64,000 nucleotides of DNA from a virus: positions 32,001-96,000 of IMG/VR virus record IMGVR_UViG_3300042894_006198; one strand, 5' to 3'. The position numbers were made by a program, and so were the translations under genes. Shown here one piece after another: positions 49,020-57,199 of the stretch (positions are counted from its first letter, which is position 1; the number at the start of each line of letters is the position of its first letter). Under the pieces are notes generated by a model, which saw only the letters and a list, made by a program, of their open reading frames with translations, had not been told where the DNA came from and made no database searches.

Positions 49020-50071
49020 TTACGGTCACCAAATAATACGTAATGTTCAGGTGCGTATCCTTCCATAATTTCAGCACCACTATCATCTTCAGGTATAGAA
49101 AACTTATTATTCATGCTACCCCGTATAGGAACAATTGCCCATGTACATAATTCTTTGAACATAGGTATTTGTTTTAATTCTTCTTCCAAACTTAATGTTT
49201 CCTCGACGTATTGTGGTGGCATCATAAATTTTACTTCTAGGTGACCTATGTTCTGATTATTGTTTTTTACTTTTTCATCTGTGATAGCTTCTACTACTTT
49301 TACAAATTTTGCACGATCATAAAATTCAAAGTGCACTGATAAGTTCAAATTGCCATAATGAATAATTTCACGATAGTATTCAGGTTTACGTGAGCCATTA
49401 CTATGTAAGCTTATATGATGACCAAAAGCGTTTAAATATCGTAACCAATCTAAAAAGTCTTTATTGGTAGTAGGTTCACCACCACTTATAATAAAGTTTA
49501 CACTTTCACCGTTCATGAATTTTTCTTCAAGTAAATTTGTAGCTTTAATTAAGTCAGCTAATGGTTTATGTGGGTCAGTATTATTGTGTATCCAAGGCCA
49601 ACAGTACGAACAATCATAATTACATCTTCTACCAATTTCCCAATAAATTTGTTTTTGGCTGCTTGCATGAGTACGTTCCATAGCAACAAATTCATTCATG
49701 GTTGGTTTATTTTTTTCCATGATAGTTGGTAATTCTTGACTTTGGCGCAGTAAAATGATTTGTTTTTCATTAACTGCTTTGGGGATAAACAAGTCTGCCC
49801 CACAACTACATACGTTTTTTGTACAATCAATCCATTCTGTAGGTACGTCAAATGTGTCCCATACACTGCCTAGTTTACCACCTACACGGCAACTTGCTGT
49901 CCATACGCCACCATCCATATCGATGAATAAGCTATCAACACCTGCGCCACATTTCCACCCTGTTAAGTAGTTTAGTTTTGCGCCAACAAGTTCATCTGTA
50001 CTCCAATCTCTCCAATGACCCATTTCATTATAGGTTCGTATAGGTTTTCCCGCTGTTTTGTGTAATGTCAT
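49016..50071 (-). CDS. Radical SAM protein with N-terminal SPASM/twitch-like domain
   Basis: WKCGAG...C...CTKNVCSC, then CNYDCSYC, SGGEPT, SNGS. Start moved to the ATG at 50071, just downstream of a minus-strand TATAAATA. Confidence 0.9.
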   Translation of the reverse strand: MTLHKTAGKPIRTYNEMGHWRDWSTDELVGAKLNYLTGWKCGAGVDSLFIDMDGGVWTASCRVGGKLGSVWDTFDVPTEWIDCTKNVCSCGADLFIPKAVNEKQIILLRQSQELPTIMEKNKPTMNEFVAMERTHASSQKQIYWEIGRRCNYDCSYCWPWIHNNTDPHKPLADLIKATNLLEEKFMNGESVNFIISGGEPTTNKDFLDWLRYLNAFGHHISLHSNGSRKPEYYREIIHYGNLNLSVHFEFYDRAKFVKVVEAITDEKVKNNNQNIGHLEVKFMMPPQYVEETLSLEEELKQIPMFKELCTWAIVPIRGSMNNKFSIPEDDSGAEIMEGYAPEHYVLFGDRK

Positions 50072-50079
50072 AGTAGGAT

Positions 50080-50112
50080 TATTTATAAAGAACAATGTTT
50101 GTTACTTAAATA
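50080..50112. promoter_or_regulatory. Back-to-back divergent late promoters
   Basis: TATAAATA on the minus strand (50080-50087, 8 nt before the ATG at 50071) and CTTAAATA on the plus strand (50105-50112, 5 nt before the ATG at 50118). Confidence 0.65.
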
Positions 50113-50117
50113 AAACT

Positions 50118-52505
50118 ATGGATGAAGAATATGAAATTGATCGTCGATATGAATTATGGCAACGTGGATATTGGGATATACCTAAAGATTTAGACACAAG
50201 TCAATTTAATTTTGATTGGCGACCTGATCCATACGATAAACCTTACACTCATGTTTTTGGTACACAATGGCAACCAAGTGGTGGACCACGCTTTGTTATT
50301 CCTGAAAGCATTGGGTATAAGTTTCAAAACAGTCAAATTGCTAAAAAACTACCAACAAAAAATAATTGGATTATACCTGATTCATTTAGTGGACAATTTG
50401 ATTATAGTTGGCATTATGATGAATTTATTGAGGCTATACATTATGAATGGAAATGTGGCGTAAAGTATGTACATCCTGATGGCATTGATACTATTTACTT
50501 AACTGAATATGATAATATCACGCCACCAATTTATGGTAAATTTTTAAGTGATGACATTGATCATTTAGTTGAAAAACAAATTAATAATTTTTGGGTACTT
50601 AATCCCTATTGTTCTTACAACCGATTTGATTTTGTATGGAAACCAAAAAGAATTGCAGAGTTACGTTATGTTAATGTTTTTGGTAACCAACATAGTCAAG
50701 ATTTAGGCATTAAATTTATAAATGTTGAAATGTACAAACGTGGGTACAAAGACTTAAACTATGTCAACAATGTAAACTTTTTCCTTGATACTAAATTGGA
50801 TATGTTTTATATCGATCATAGTAATAGTACATCAGAAATTAATTTTAATAATCTTAAATCAAGATATCCAAAAATTACTAAAGTCAGGTTTTTTGATAAT
50901 TGGGTAGACACTATTACAAGATGCGTAAGAAAAGCTACAACGCATCTTATTTGGATTGTCAATAGTTATTATGATTATACTAATTTTCAATTTGATTATT
51001 ATCCTGCACCATGGGATATGACCAATACACATGTATTTGGTACACAATGGAATGCATGGGGTAAAACTTTTTTAATTAACTGTAATCAATGGGACTTAGT
51101 TAAAAATGTCCAAGAAGTTGAAAATATACAACCAATTAAACTAATTGATAAAAAAGCAGAAATTAAAAATTGTAAATATGATAAATTACTGATTGATTTT
51201 GGTAATGAGCATAACTTAGATGCAACCTATACAGTACCTTATCAAGGTAGTTTTTTAAGCACGATTGATTATTGGTTAAAAAAAGAAAAGTATGTAACTA
51301 GTAAAAAGAATTATAAAGTGTGGGTTGTTAGCAGTATATGTGATTATGACAAGTTTGATTTTACTTACGAACCATTACCCTTTGATGAAAAACAATTACA
51401 TGTTTTTGCTACACAGTTTGATAATCAAAAAATACAATATGGTGATACGTTTTTATTAGATGTGAATGAGTTTGTTATAGTAAGATCTCTTTTTGATAAA
51501 CTTGAAGATTATACCTCAAATCTCAAGTTCGTTGATACATTAAACGTAAAACGGATGCAACATCCTGTAATATTACATGATTATGATTGTCATATTGACG
51601 CTATAAATTTACCTACAGAACCATTCCCTTATATTCAATTGCAAAACAATCAAGTAAAACATCTTGAACCAATAAATATGTGGGAATTTCCAACAATCAA
51701 AACTAATAATGATTCTACTTCAGTTTACGTGCCTACTCATGCACTATCTTATATGACAAAAGATTTATATGATTATGAACATGTTGTTAAACCTGTTCAA
51801 TTTTATGGTGGAGAACCGCTAGATATTGTTTACATTAGTAATGGTGAACCTAAAGCTGAGCAACACTATGAACATTTACAGGAAATTGTAACTAAAAAAG
51901 GTGCAAAAAATAGAATTATTAGAGTACAAGATGTAGTGGGTAGAGTTGCTGCTTATCATGCTGCTGCAAATATTAGTACAACAAGATGGTTTTTTGCAGT
52001 GTTTGCTAAGTTGCGAGTTAATCCAACTTTTGATTGGGGTTGGCAACCTGACCGTTTAAAAACACCACGTCACTATATTTTTACAGCTATTAATCCTGTT
52101 AACCGTTTGAACTATGGTCATCAAGCTATCATTGCTTATAACAAGAAATTAGTATTAGGTAACAATGGAATAGGATTAGATTTTACAATGGACAGCGATC
52201 ATGAAGTTGTCAACATGAATAGTGGTATAGCTATGTACAATACGGATTCGTGGACAACATGGAGAACTGCATTTCGTGAAGCAATTAAATTGCGTGATTT
52301 AGTTGATAAGGGTATTGACAACGATGCTGCTTATCGTTTAGAACGTTGGTGTAATGTAGGTATTGGCGAGTATGCAGCAGATAGTCAACGTGGTGCTGTA
52401 GATGGTATAGCTTATTGGGAAGAAGTTAATGGCGACTTTGATAAGTTAAAATTAAGTTATGATTGGGCTTGGTTGCGTAAAAGGTTTGAAATTAGATATA
52501 AATGA
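50118..52505 (+). CDS. Multi-repeat glycosyltransferase-related protein
   Basis: C-terminal domain resembles 43945 (LDIVYISNGEP, AYHAAA, WRTAFREAIKL); repeated F-x-F-x-W/Y-x-P...HVF motif. Start moved from 50058. Confidence 0.6.
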   Translation: MDEEYEIDRRYELWQRGYWDIPKDLDTSQFNFDWRPDPYDKPYTHVFGTQWQPSGGPRFVIPESIGYKFQNSQIAKKLPTKNNWIIPDSFSGQFDYSWHYDEFIEAIHYEWKCGVKYVHPDGIDTIYLTEYDNITPPIYGKFLSDDIDHLVEKQINNFWVLNPYCSYNRFDFVWKPKRIAELRYVNVFGNQHSQDLGIKFINVEMYKRGYKDLNYVNNVNFFLDTKLDMFYIDHSNSTSEINFNNLKSRYPKITKVRFFDNWVDTITRCVRKATTHLIWIVNSYYDYTNFQFDYYPAPWDMTNTHVFGTQWNAWGKTFLINCNQWDLVKNVQEVENIQPIKLIDKKAEIKNCKYDKLLIDFGNEHNLDATYTVPYQGSFLSTIDYWLKKEKYVTSKKNYKVWVVSSICDYDKFDFTYEPLPFDEKQLHVFATQFDNQKIQYGDTFLLDVNEFVIVRSLFDKLEDYTSNLKFVDTLNVKRMQHPVILHDYDCHIDAINLPTEPFPYIQLQNNQVKHLEPINMWEFPTIKTNNDSTSVYVPTHALSYMTKDLYDYEHVVKPVQFYGGEPLDIVYISNGEPKAEQHYEHLQEIVTKKGAKNRIIRVQDVVGRVAAYHAAANISTTRWFFAVFAKLRVNPTFDWGWQPDRLKTPRHYIFTAINPVNRLNYGHQAIIAYNKKLVLGNNGIGLDFTMDSDHEVVNMNSGIAMYNTDSWTTWRTAFREAIKLRDLVDKGIDNDAAYRLERWCNVGIGEYAADSQRGAVDGIAYWEEVNGDFDKLKLSYDWAWLRKRFEIRYK

Positions 52506-52562
52506 TATTTGTTTGGCTTGACAATTTCCCTAAATAATGTCATACGACATGTGGAGGTTACC

Positions 52563-52892
52563 ATGAAATATTTTCTTATTGGTTTATTAACGTTTTTGGG
52601 TTTAACATATGCTAATACTACTTACGCAAATGGGTACCATCATGGGCATAGAATTCAGCAAAGACATTGGCATCATCACCATCCACACCATGTCCACAGA
52701 CCAAATTGGATAGCACCTGCTATTATTGGTGGAGTTGTTACCTATGCTTTGACAAGACCTTATATAGTTGAACAGCAGCCTGTGGTAGTACAACAAATTC
52801 CACAACCTGCTGTAGTACATTGTACAGAATGGCGTGAAGTTATGCAACCAAATGGTGCTATTGTACAAGAAAGAACATGTAGTCAACAATAA
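52563..52892 (+). CDS. Secreted/membrane His- and Pro-rich hypothetical protein
   Basis: GGAGG ribosome-binding site, signal-peptide-like N-terminus, His-rich tract, WIAPAIIGG hydrophobic segment; TTGACA at 52518. Confidence 0.7.
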   Translation: MKYFLIGLLTFLGLTYANTTYANGYHHGHRIQQRHWHHHHPHHVHRPNWIAPAIIGGVVTYALTRPYIVEQQPVVVQQIPQPAVVHCTEWREVMQPNGAIVQERTCSQQ

Positions 52893-53014
52893 TGTACGAA
52901 TTATTTTTATTTTTATTTACAATAGTAGGTTTATGGTTTATAGAAGATATATACTTACCTACACAAAAGATTGATCTTACCATAAATGATGAAGTATATA
53001 AAGGATGGTATTGA
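52892..53014 (+). CDS. Small membrane protein (40 aa)
   Basis: TAATG coupling to the previous gene; hydrophobic N-terminus MYELFLFLFTIVGLWF. Confidence 0.5.
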   Translation: MYELFLFLFTIVGLWFIEDIYLPTQKIDLTINDEVYKGWY

Positions 53015-53015
53015 T

Positions 53016-53099
53016 ATGGTAGATCCTGATGATAAATCGACAACGGTTTGGTTTTTTATTATTATTGTAAGTTTTATTGCAGCAATTATTCTAACGTAA
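53016..53099 (+). CDS. Small membrane peptide (27 aa)
   Basis: MVDPDDKSTTVWFFIIIVSFIAAIILT; tightly packed after the previous ORF. Confidence 0.4.
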   Translation: MVDPDDKSTTVWFFIIIVSFIAAIILT

Positions 53100-53158
53100 A
53101 AAATCTTTCGTCCTCACAACGTGAGTAAATATTTTTTACCACTTAAAGGAAATAATCA

Positions 53159-54289
53159 ATGAAATTTACAAAACGAACACTTGTGCATACTGCACTAGCT
53201 GCAATGACTGCTTTGGCTTTGGCAGGTTGTGGCAAAAAAGAAGAAGCCAAAGCACCTGCTGCTGAAGCACCTAAATCAGCAGAACCTTTAAAAATTGGAT
53301 TTATATATGTAGGTCCTGTTGGTGATGCAGGATGGACATTTGCTCATGACAATGGTCGTAAACATATTGAAGCTAAATTTGGTGATAAAATTAAAACTAC
53401 GTTTGTTGAGAAAGTACCTGAAGGTGCTGATGCTGAGCGTGTTATTCGTGATTTAGTTGGTCAAGGTAATAAATTAATCTTCGCAACATCATTTGGTTTT
53501 GGTGATGCAATGGAAAAAGTAGCCAAAGACCATCCTGACGTAAAGTTTGAACATGCTACAGGATATAAAACAGCAGAAAATCTACGAGTATATGAAGCAA
53601 GATTTTACGAAGATGCTTACATGGCAGGTATTGTAGCAGGTAGTATGACAAAAACTAATACATTAGGATTTGTTGCTAGTTTCCCAATTCCTGAAGTATT
53701 GCGTAATATTAATGCGTTTACTCTAGGTGCACGTAGTGTTAATCCTAAAGTTACTACCAAAGTTGTATGGGTGAATACATGGTTTGACCCACCAAAAGAG
53801 GGCGAATCAGCACAAGCATTAATTAACCAAAAAGCTGACGTATTGTTACAAAATACTGATTCTACTGCGGTATTATTAACTGCTGAGAAAAATAATAAGT
53901 ATGCTTTTGGTTGGGATAGTGATATGAGCGCATTTGCTCCAAAAGCACACTTAGGTTCAGCCATTGTAAATTGGGGACCATACTACGAAAAAGCTGTCAA
54001 TGATGTATTAGGTGGTACGTGGAAAACAAGTGACACTAAATGGGGTACTAAAGAAGGTACTAATGATTTAGTAAAGATTAATGATGTTGTATCTGATGCT
54101 GCTAAGAAAAAGGTTGATGAAGTCAAAGCAGGGTTAAAGGCAGGTACATTCCATGTGTTCAAAGGACCACTCAAAGACAACACAGGTAAAGTTGTATTGG
54201 AAAAAGATGTGGTTGGTGATGATGCATGGAAAGGTAAAATTAATTTCTACATTGAAGGTGTAGAGGGCAAAGTACCATCAGGTAAGTAA
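53159..54289 (+). CDS. BMP-family ABC transporter substrate-binding lipoprotein (purine/nucleoside-binding type)
   Basis: Lipobox LAGC; KIGFIYVGPVGDAGWTFAHD, FATSFG, HATGYK, PIPEVLRNINAF and WFDP motifs. Confidence 0.92.
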   Translation: MKFTKRTLVHTALAAMTALALAGCGKKEEAKAPAAEAPKSAEPLKIGFIYVGPVGDAGWTFAHDNGRKHIEAKFGDKIKTTFVEKVPEGADAERVIRDLVGQGNKLIFATSFGFGDAMEKVAKDHPDVKFEHATGYKTAENLRVYEARFYEDAYMAGIVAGSMTKTNTLGFVASFPIPEVLRNINAFTLGARSVNPKVTTKVVWVNTWFDPPKEGESAQALINQKADVLLQNTDSTAVLLTAEKNNKYAFGWDSDMSAFAPKAHLGSAIVNWGPYYEKAVNDVLGGTWKTSDTKWGTKEGTNDLVKINDVVSDAAKKKVDEVKAGLKAGTFHVFKGPLKDNTGKVVLEKDVVGDDAWKGKINFYIEGVEGKVPSGK

Positions 54290-54483
54290 TGTTTAATTCA
54301 GCAAGTACAAAGTTATCACTGATTGCAAAACGTGCAGGTGTTGAATACACTGAAAGCATAGAGTTATTTGCAGAGATGATAGCCGAAGAATGTGCTGAGA
54401 TTGCCGAAACAGCGTGGCAGGTAAAGTTATCTGCTGCGCCTGTTATTCGTAGACACTTTAATTTAATAGAACCTAAAGGATAA
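54289..54483 (+). CDS. Hypothetical phage protein
   Basis: TAATG coupling; E.FAE.I..ECA.I motif common in small phage proteins. Confidence 0.65.
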   Translation: MFNSASTKLSLIAKRAGVEYTESIELFAEMIAEECAEIAETAWQVKLSAAPVIRRHFNLIEPKG

Positions 54484-54489
54484 ATTATA

Positions 54490-54639
54490 ATGAAAACAAT
54501 AACTAAAGATGATGTTTATATTGGGGTTTTTGTAGTATCAATGATATTAATTGGCATATTTTTTGACATTGGACCCGTTTGTATGACAGGATGGAACCCA
54601 ATGTTAGGTGAATGTTCTGATATCGTTAAAACTAAATAA
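54490..54639 (+). CDS. Small membrane protein (49 aa)
   Basis: Translated by hand; one TM segment followed by a C-x9-C pair. Confidence 0.5.
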   Translation: MKTITKDDVYIGVFVVSMILIGIFFDIGPVCMTGWNPMLGECSDIVKTK

Positions 54640-54642
54640 TAG

Positions 54643-54939
54643 TATTGTTGTATGAAGTTGAAGGAAAAGTGCTGCGGACGGGGCTTCGATGCCCCCTGGT
54701 CCACCAAGTATGCTAGTCCGGTAGCAATAGTGTGAGTGACTACTGTCTTGTGCGAGTCAAGACCATACCTGCTGGGCCAGACATGGTTTCGACGGGGTAA
54801 CAAGTACGGATATGGACAACACGATAGGCGATGATCGTTAATCAAGCAAAACAAATAGACGCAAACGATGAAACATTTGCTCTAGCTGCCTAAACAAAGG
54901 TAAGCGGGGGTAGGAAATACCTAGCAACAGGAAATACCA
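54643..54939 (+). ncRNA. ssrA: Circularly permuted (two-piece) tmRNA, tag ANDETFALAA
   Basis: T-arm GGGGC-TTCGAT-GCCCC and acceptor 3' strand CTGGTCC-ACCA end at 54706. After an intervening segment the 5' strand GGGCCAG (54774) pairs with it, giving G3:U70, followed by TTTCGAC. Tag reading frame GCA AAC GAT GAA ACA TTT GCT CTA GCT GCC TAA at 54861-54893. Outer ends approximate. Confidence 0.93.
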
Positions 54940-54964
54940 TTAGGGGCAATGCCCCTAATTTTTT
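54939..54964 (+). terminator. Intrinsic terminator after the tmRNA
   Basis: ATTAGGGGC-AAT-GCCCCTAAT followed by a T-run. Confidence 0.8.
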
Positions 54965-55032
54965 ATTATGTTTTGTTTTTACGTAAAGTGGTATTGTTAA
55001 ATACTTCTTTAATTTTTTACAAGGAAATATAC

Positions 55033-55959
55033 ATGGCTATTAAAAATACAACCATTACCATTGAAGATACTCCTGTCAATACAACTTATCAAGATGTAAC
55101 AGGTACAACAACAGGTGCAGGAACAGGCGCAAAATTTGATGTTGTTAAAAATAATGGAGCATACAATGTTACATTAGACACTGCAACAGGTTCTTTTGGT
55201 ACAGGTTATGTAGCAGGTGACACTATTACGATTGCAGGAACAAGTTTGGGTGGCATAGCACCAACTAATAACTTGATCGTAACTGTTGGTACAGTAGGCG
55301 CAAATGGTGCTATTGCAACATTTGGTGCTGTGGGTGCAGGTCGTAAGGGTGATGGTAATATTGATGTTGTAGTAAAAATTGAAGGTACAGCATTAGATAT
55401 TGAAACTTATAATATGAATGGTAAAAGTACTGATTTTACTTTAACTTATGATGCTATTAATAAAGATATTATTGCAACAAGTGCACTAGCAACAAACGTT
55501 AAGTTTGTATTGGATGATGTTGAACGTGTTGCTTTTACTGATAAGCGTTTAGCATTTGATACAGTAGGAACAGATTTAGGTAAAATTATTGCTTTAATGG
55601 CAGCAGCTATTGGTGAAAATGACATTACCCCTGCTTATATTGGTGCAGGTATGTACCTACGTGAAAATTTAGGTTGGACAGTAAAAGAAATTGCTGCTAA
55701 GATTTTAACAAGCACTGAGTATCTAACTGACGCAGGAGGTACCTCAAATACCGTATTTGCTAAACATGTATGGCAAAATGTATTTGGTCGTGAAGGAACC
55801 TATGATGAAATAGCTTCAGTTATTGAAACTATTGAAAAACATGGATATAGTCAAGCAGACGTACTTATGGTAGCTGCAAATCGTCCTGAGCTATTAGCGC
55901 AGATTGACTTAGTTGGGTTGCAAACTACAGGTGTAGAATACGTTCCATTTGGTGGTTAA
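55033..55959 (+). CDS. Chimeric protein: phage beta-rich N-terminal domain plus DUF4214-like C-terminal domain
   Basis: AAGGA ribosome-binding site; GTGAKFDV...GTGY.AGDTITI.G domain; DVERVAFTD..LAFD...S.EY...SN..F..HVWQNVFGRE. Start moved from 54949. Confidence 0.65.
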   Translation: MAIKNTTITIEDTPVNTTYQDVTGTTTGAGTGAKFDVVKNNGAYNVTLDTATGSFGTGYVAGDTITIAGTSLGGIAPTNNLIVTVGTVGANGAIATFGAVGAGRKGDGNIDVVVKIEGTALDIETYNMNGKSTDFTLTYDAINKDIIATSALATNVKFVLDDVERVAFTDKRLAFDTVGTDLGKIIALMAAAIGENDITPAYIGAGMYLRENLGWTVKEIAAKILTSTEYLTDAGGTSNTVFAKHVWQNVFGREGTYDEIASVIETIEKHGYSQADVLMVAANRPELLAQIDLVGLQTTGVEYVPFGG

Positions 55960-55971
55960 TCCACATTATAT

Positions 55972-55997
55972 AGGGCACTAGGAGTAGTGCTCTTTTT
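55972..55997 (+). terminator. Intrinsic terminator
   Basis: AGGGCACTA-GGAG-TAGTGCTCT followed by TTTT. Confidence 0.75.
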
Positions 55998-56026
55998 AGA
56001 TATAAATATCTAAAAAGGAAAATATA

Positions 56027-56452
56027 ATGTATATATATCGTTGCAAAATCAATAAAGTTGTAGATGGTGATACAGTTGAGATTGATTTAGATCTTGGCTT
56101 TAATATTGTGTTAGTAAATCAAAAAGTACGTATGGCAGGTATTGATACTCCTGAAAGTAGAACATCTATCGCTGAAGAAAAAGAACGTGGGTTAATATCC
56201 AAGAAAAAATTAGCTGAAAAATTACCTGTAGGTAGTTGGCAACGTATTCAAACCATGCGAGCAGACAGTAACGATGATAAATTTGGTCGTATTCTTGGCG
56301 TGTTTATTATGGAAGATGGCATGAGTTTAAATCAATGGATGATTGATAATAACTATGCTGTATTGTATCAAGGTGAAAATAAAGAATTGGTACAAGAAGG
56401 TCATCGTTATAATAAACAAAAGTTGATAGAGCGTGGTGAACTAAAAGCATAA
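56027..56452 (+). CDS. Thermonuclease (staphylococcal nuclease) family protein
   Basis: VVDGDT, VRMAGIDTPE and DKFGRIL motifs; TATAAATA at 56001. Confidence 0.9.
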   Translation: MYIYRCKINKVVDGDTVEIDLDLGFNIVLVNQKVRMAGIDTPESRTSIAEEKERGLISKKKLAEKLPVGSWQRIQTMRADSNDDKFGRILGVFIMEDGMSLNQWMIDNNYAVLYQGENKELVQEGHRYNKQKLIERGELKA

Positions 56453-56462
56453 ATACATAATC

Positions 56463-57104
56463 ATGCTAACAAGAGAATTCATGCAAGAAGGGGTCAATGA
56501 CCCCAATATCTTTAAGGCTATTTTTATGGCAGGGGGTCCAGGCTCAGGCAAAAGTTTTGTTTCCCGTAAATTAGGACTACAAGCAGCAGGACTCCGCACC
56601 ATTAATAGCGATGATGCGTTTGAATTTTTGCTTCGTAAACATCAATTAGACCCTAAAATGCCACCTGAAGAACAAGAAAAGCGTGATATTGTCAGACAAC
56701 GTGCTAAACAAATGACTAAAACAAAAGAAACTAATTTGTTATATGGTCGTATTGGTTTAATAATAGATGGTACCGCAAAAAATGCTGAAAAAACTGCTAA
56801 AACTAAAGCAGGATTAGAAAGTATTGGTTATCAAACGATGATGGTATTTGTCAATACAAGTTTAGATGTAGCACTTCAACGTAACCGTATGCGTGAACGA
56901 AGCGTTCCTGATGAAGTCGTAAAACAAGCACATGCTGAAGTACAAATTGGTAAAGATGCATTGCAGCAAGTTTTTGGATCTAATTTTGTTGTCGTGCTTA
57001 ATGACATGGATCCTGATTTTAAACCTGCTTATAAAAAAGTACAACAATTTTTACGTAAACCATTAACACCCGTTGCCCAACAATGGGTTGATCAGCACCG
57101 CTAA
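56463..57104 (+). CDS. P-loop kinase (zeta-toxin / AAA_33-like)
   Basis: AGGPGSGKS, INSDD, IIDGT and ALQRNRMRER motifs. Confidence 0.8.
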   Translation: MLTREFMQEGVNDPNIFKAIFMAGGPGSGKSFVSRKLGLQAAGLRTINSDDAFEFLLRKHQLDPKMPPEEQEKRDIVRQRAKQMTKTKETNLLYGRIGLIIDGTAKNAEKTAKTKAGLESIGYQTMMVFVNTSLDVALQRNRMRERSVPDEVVKQAHAEVQIGKDALQQVFGSNFVVVLNDMDPDFKPAYKKVQQFLRKPLTPVAQQWVDQHR

Positions 57105-57199
57105 TTTCTCTAAATTGTTTGTGTAAATATAAATAATATGTCAATATATTGTCATAGACATTTATTTTCGTTATTCACACACAGAAAGGAGAGATTATA

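Noticed and set aside
54672-54706. Stand-alone tRNA-Ala
   Set aside because: Only a T-arm and the acceptor 3' strand are present; the pairing 5' strand lies downstream, as in a permuted tmRNA.
54516-54854. 112-aa minus-strand ORF
   Set aside because: Antisense to the tmRNA and a small plus-strand gene; no protein motifs.
56463-57104. Zeta toxin-antitoxin module
   Set aside because: Only generic P-loop kinase motifs; the upstream gene is a thermonuclease and no epsilon-like antitoxin is evident.
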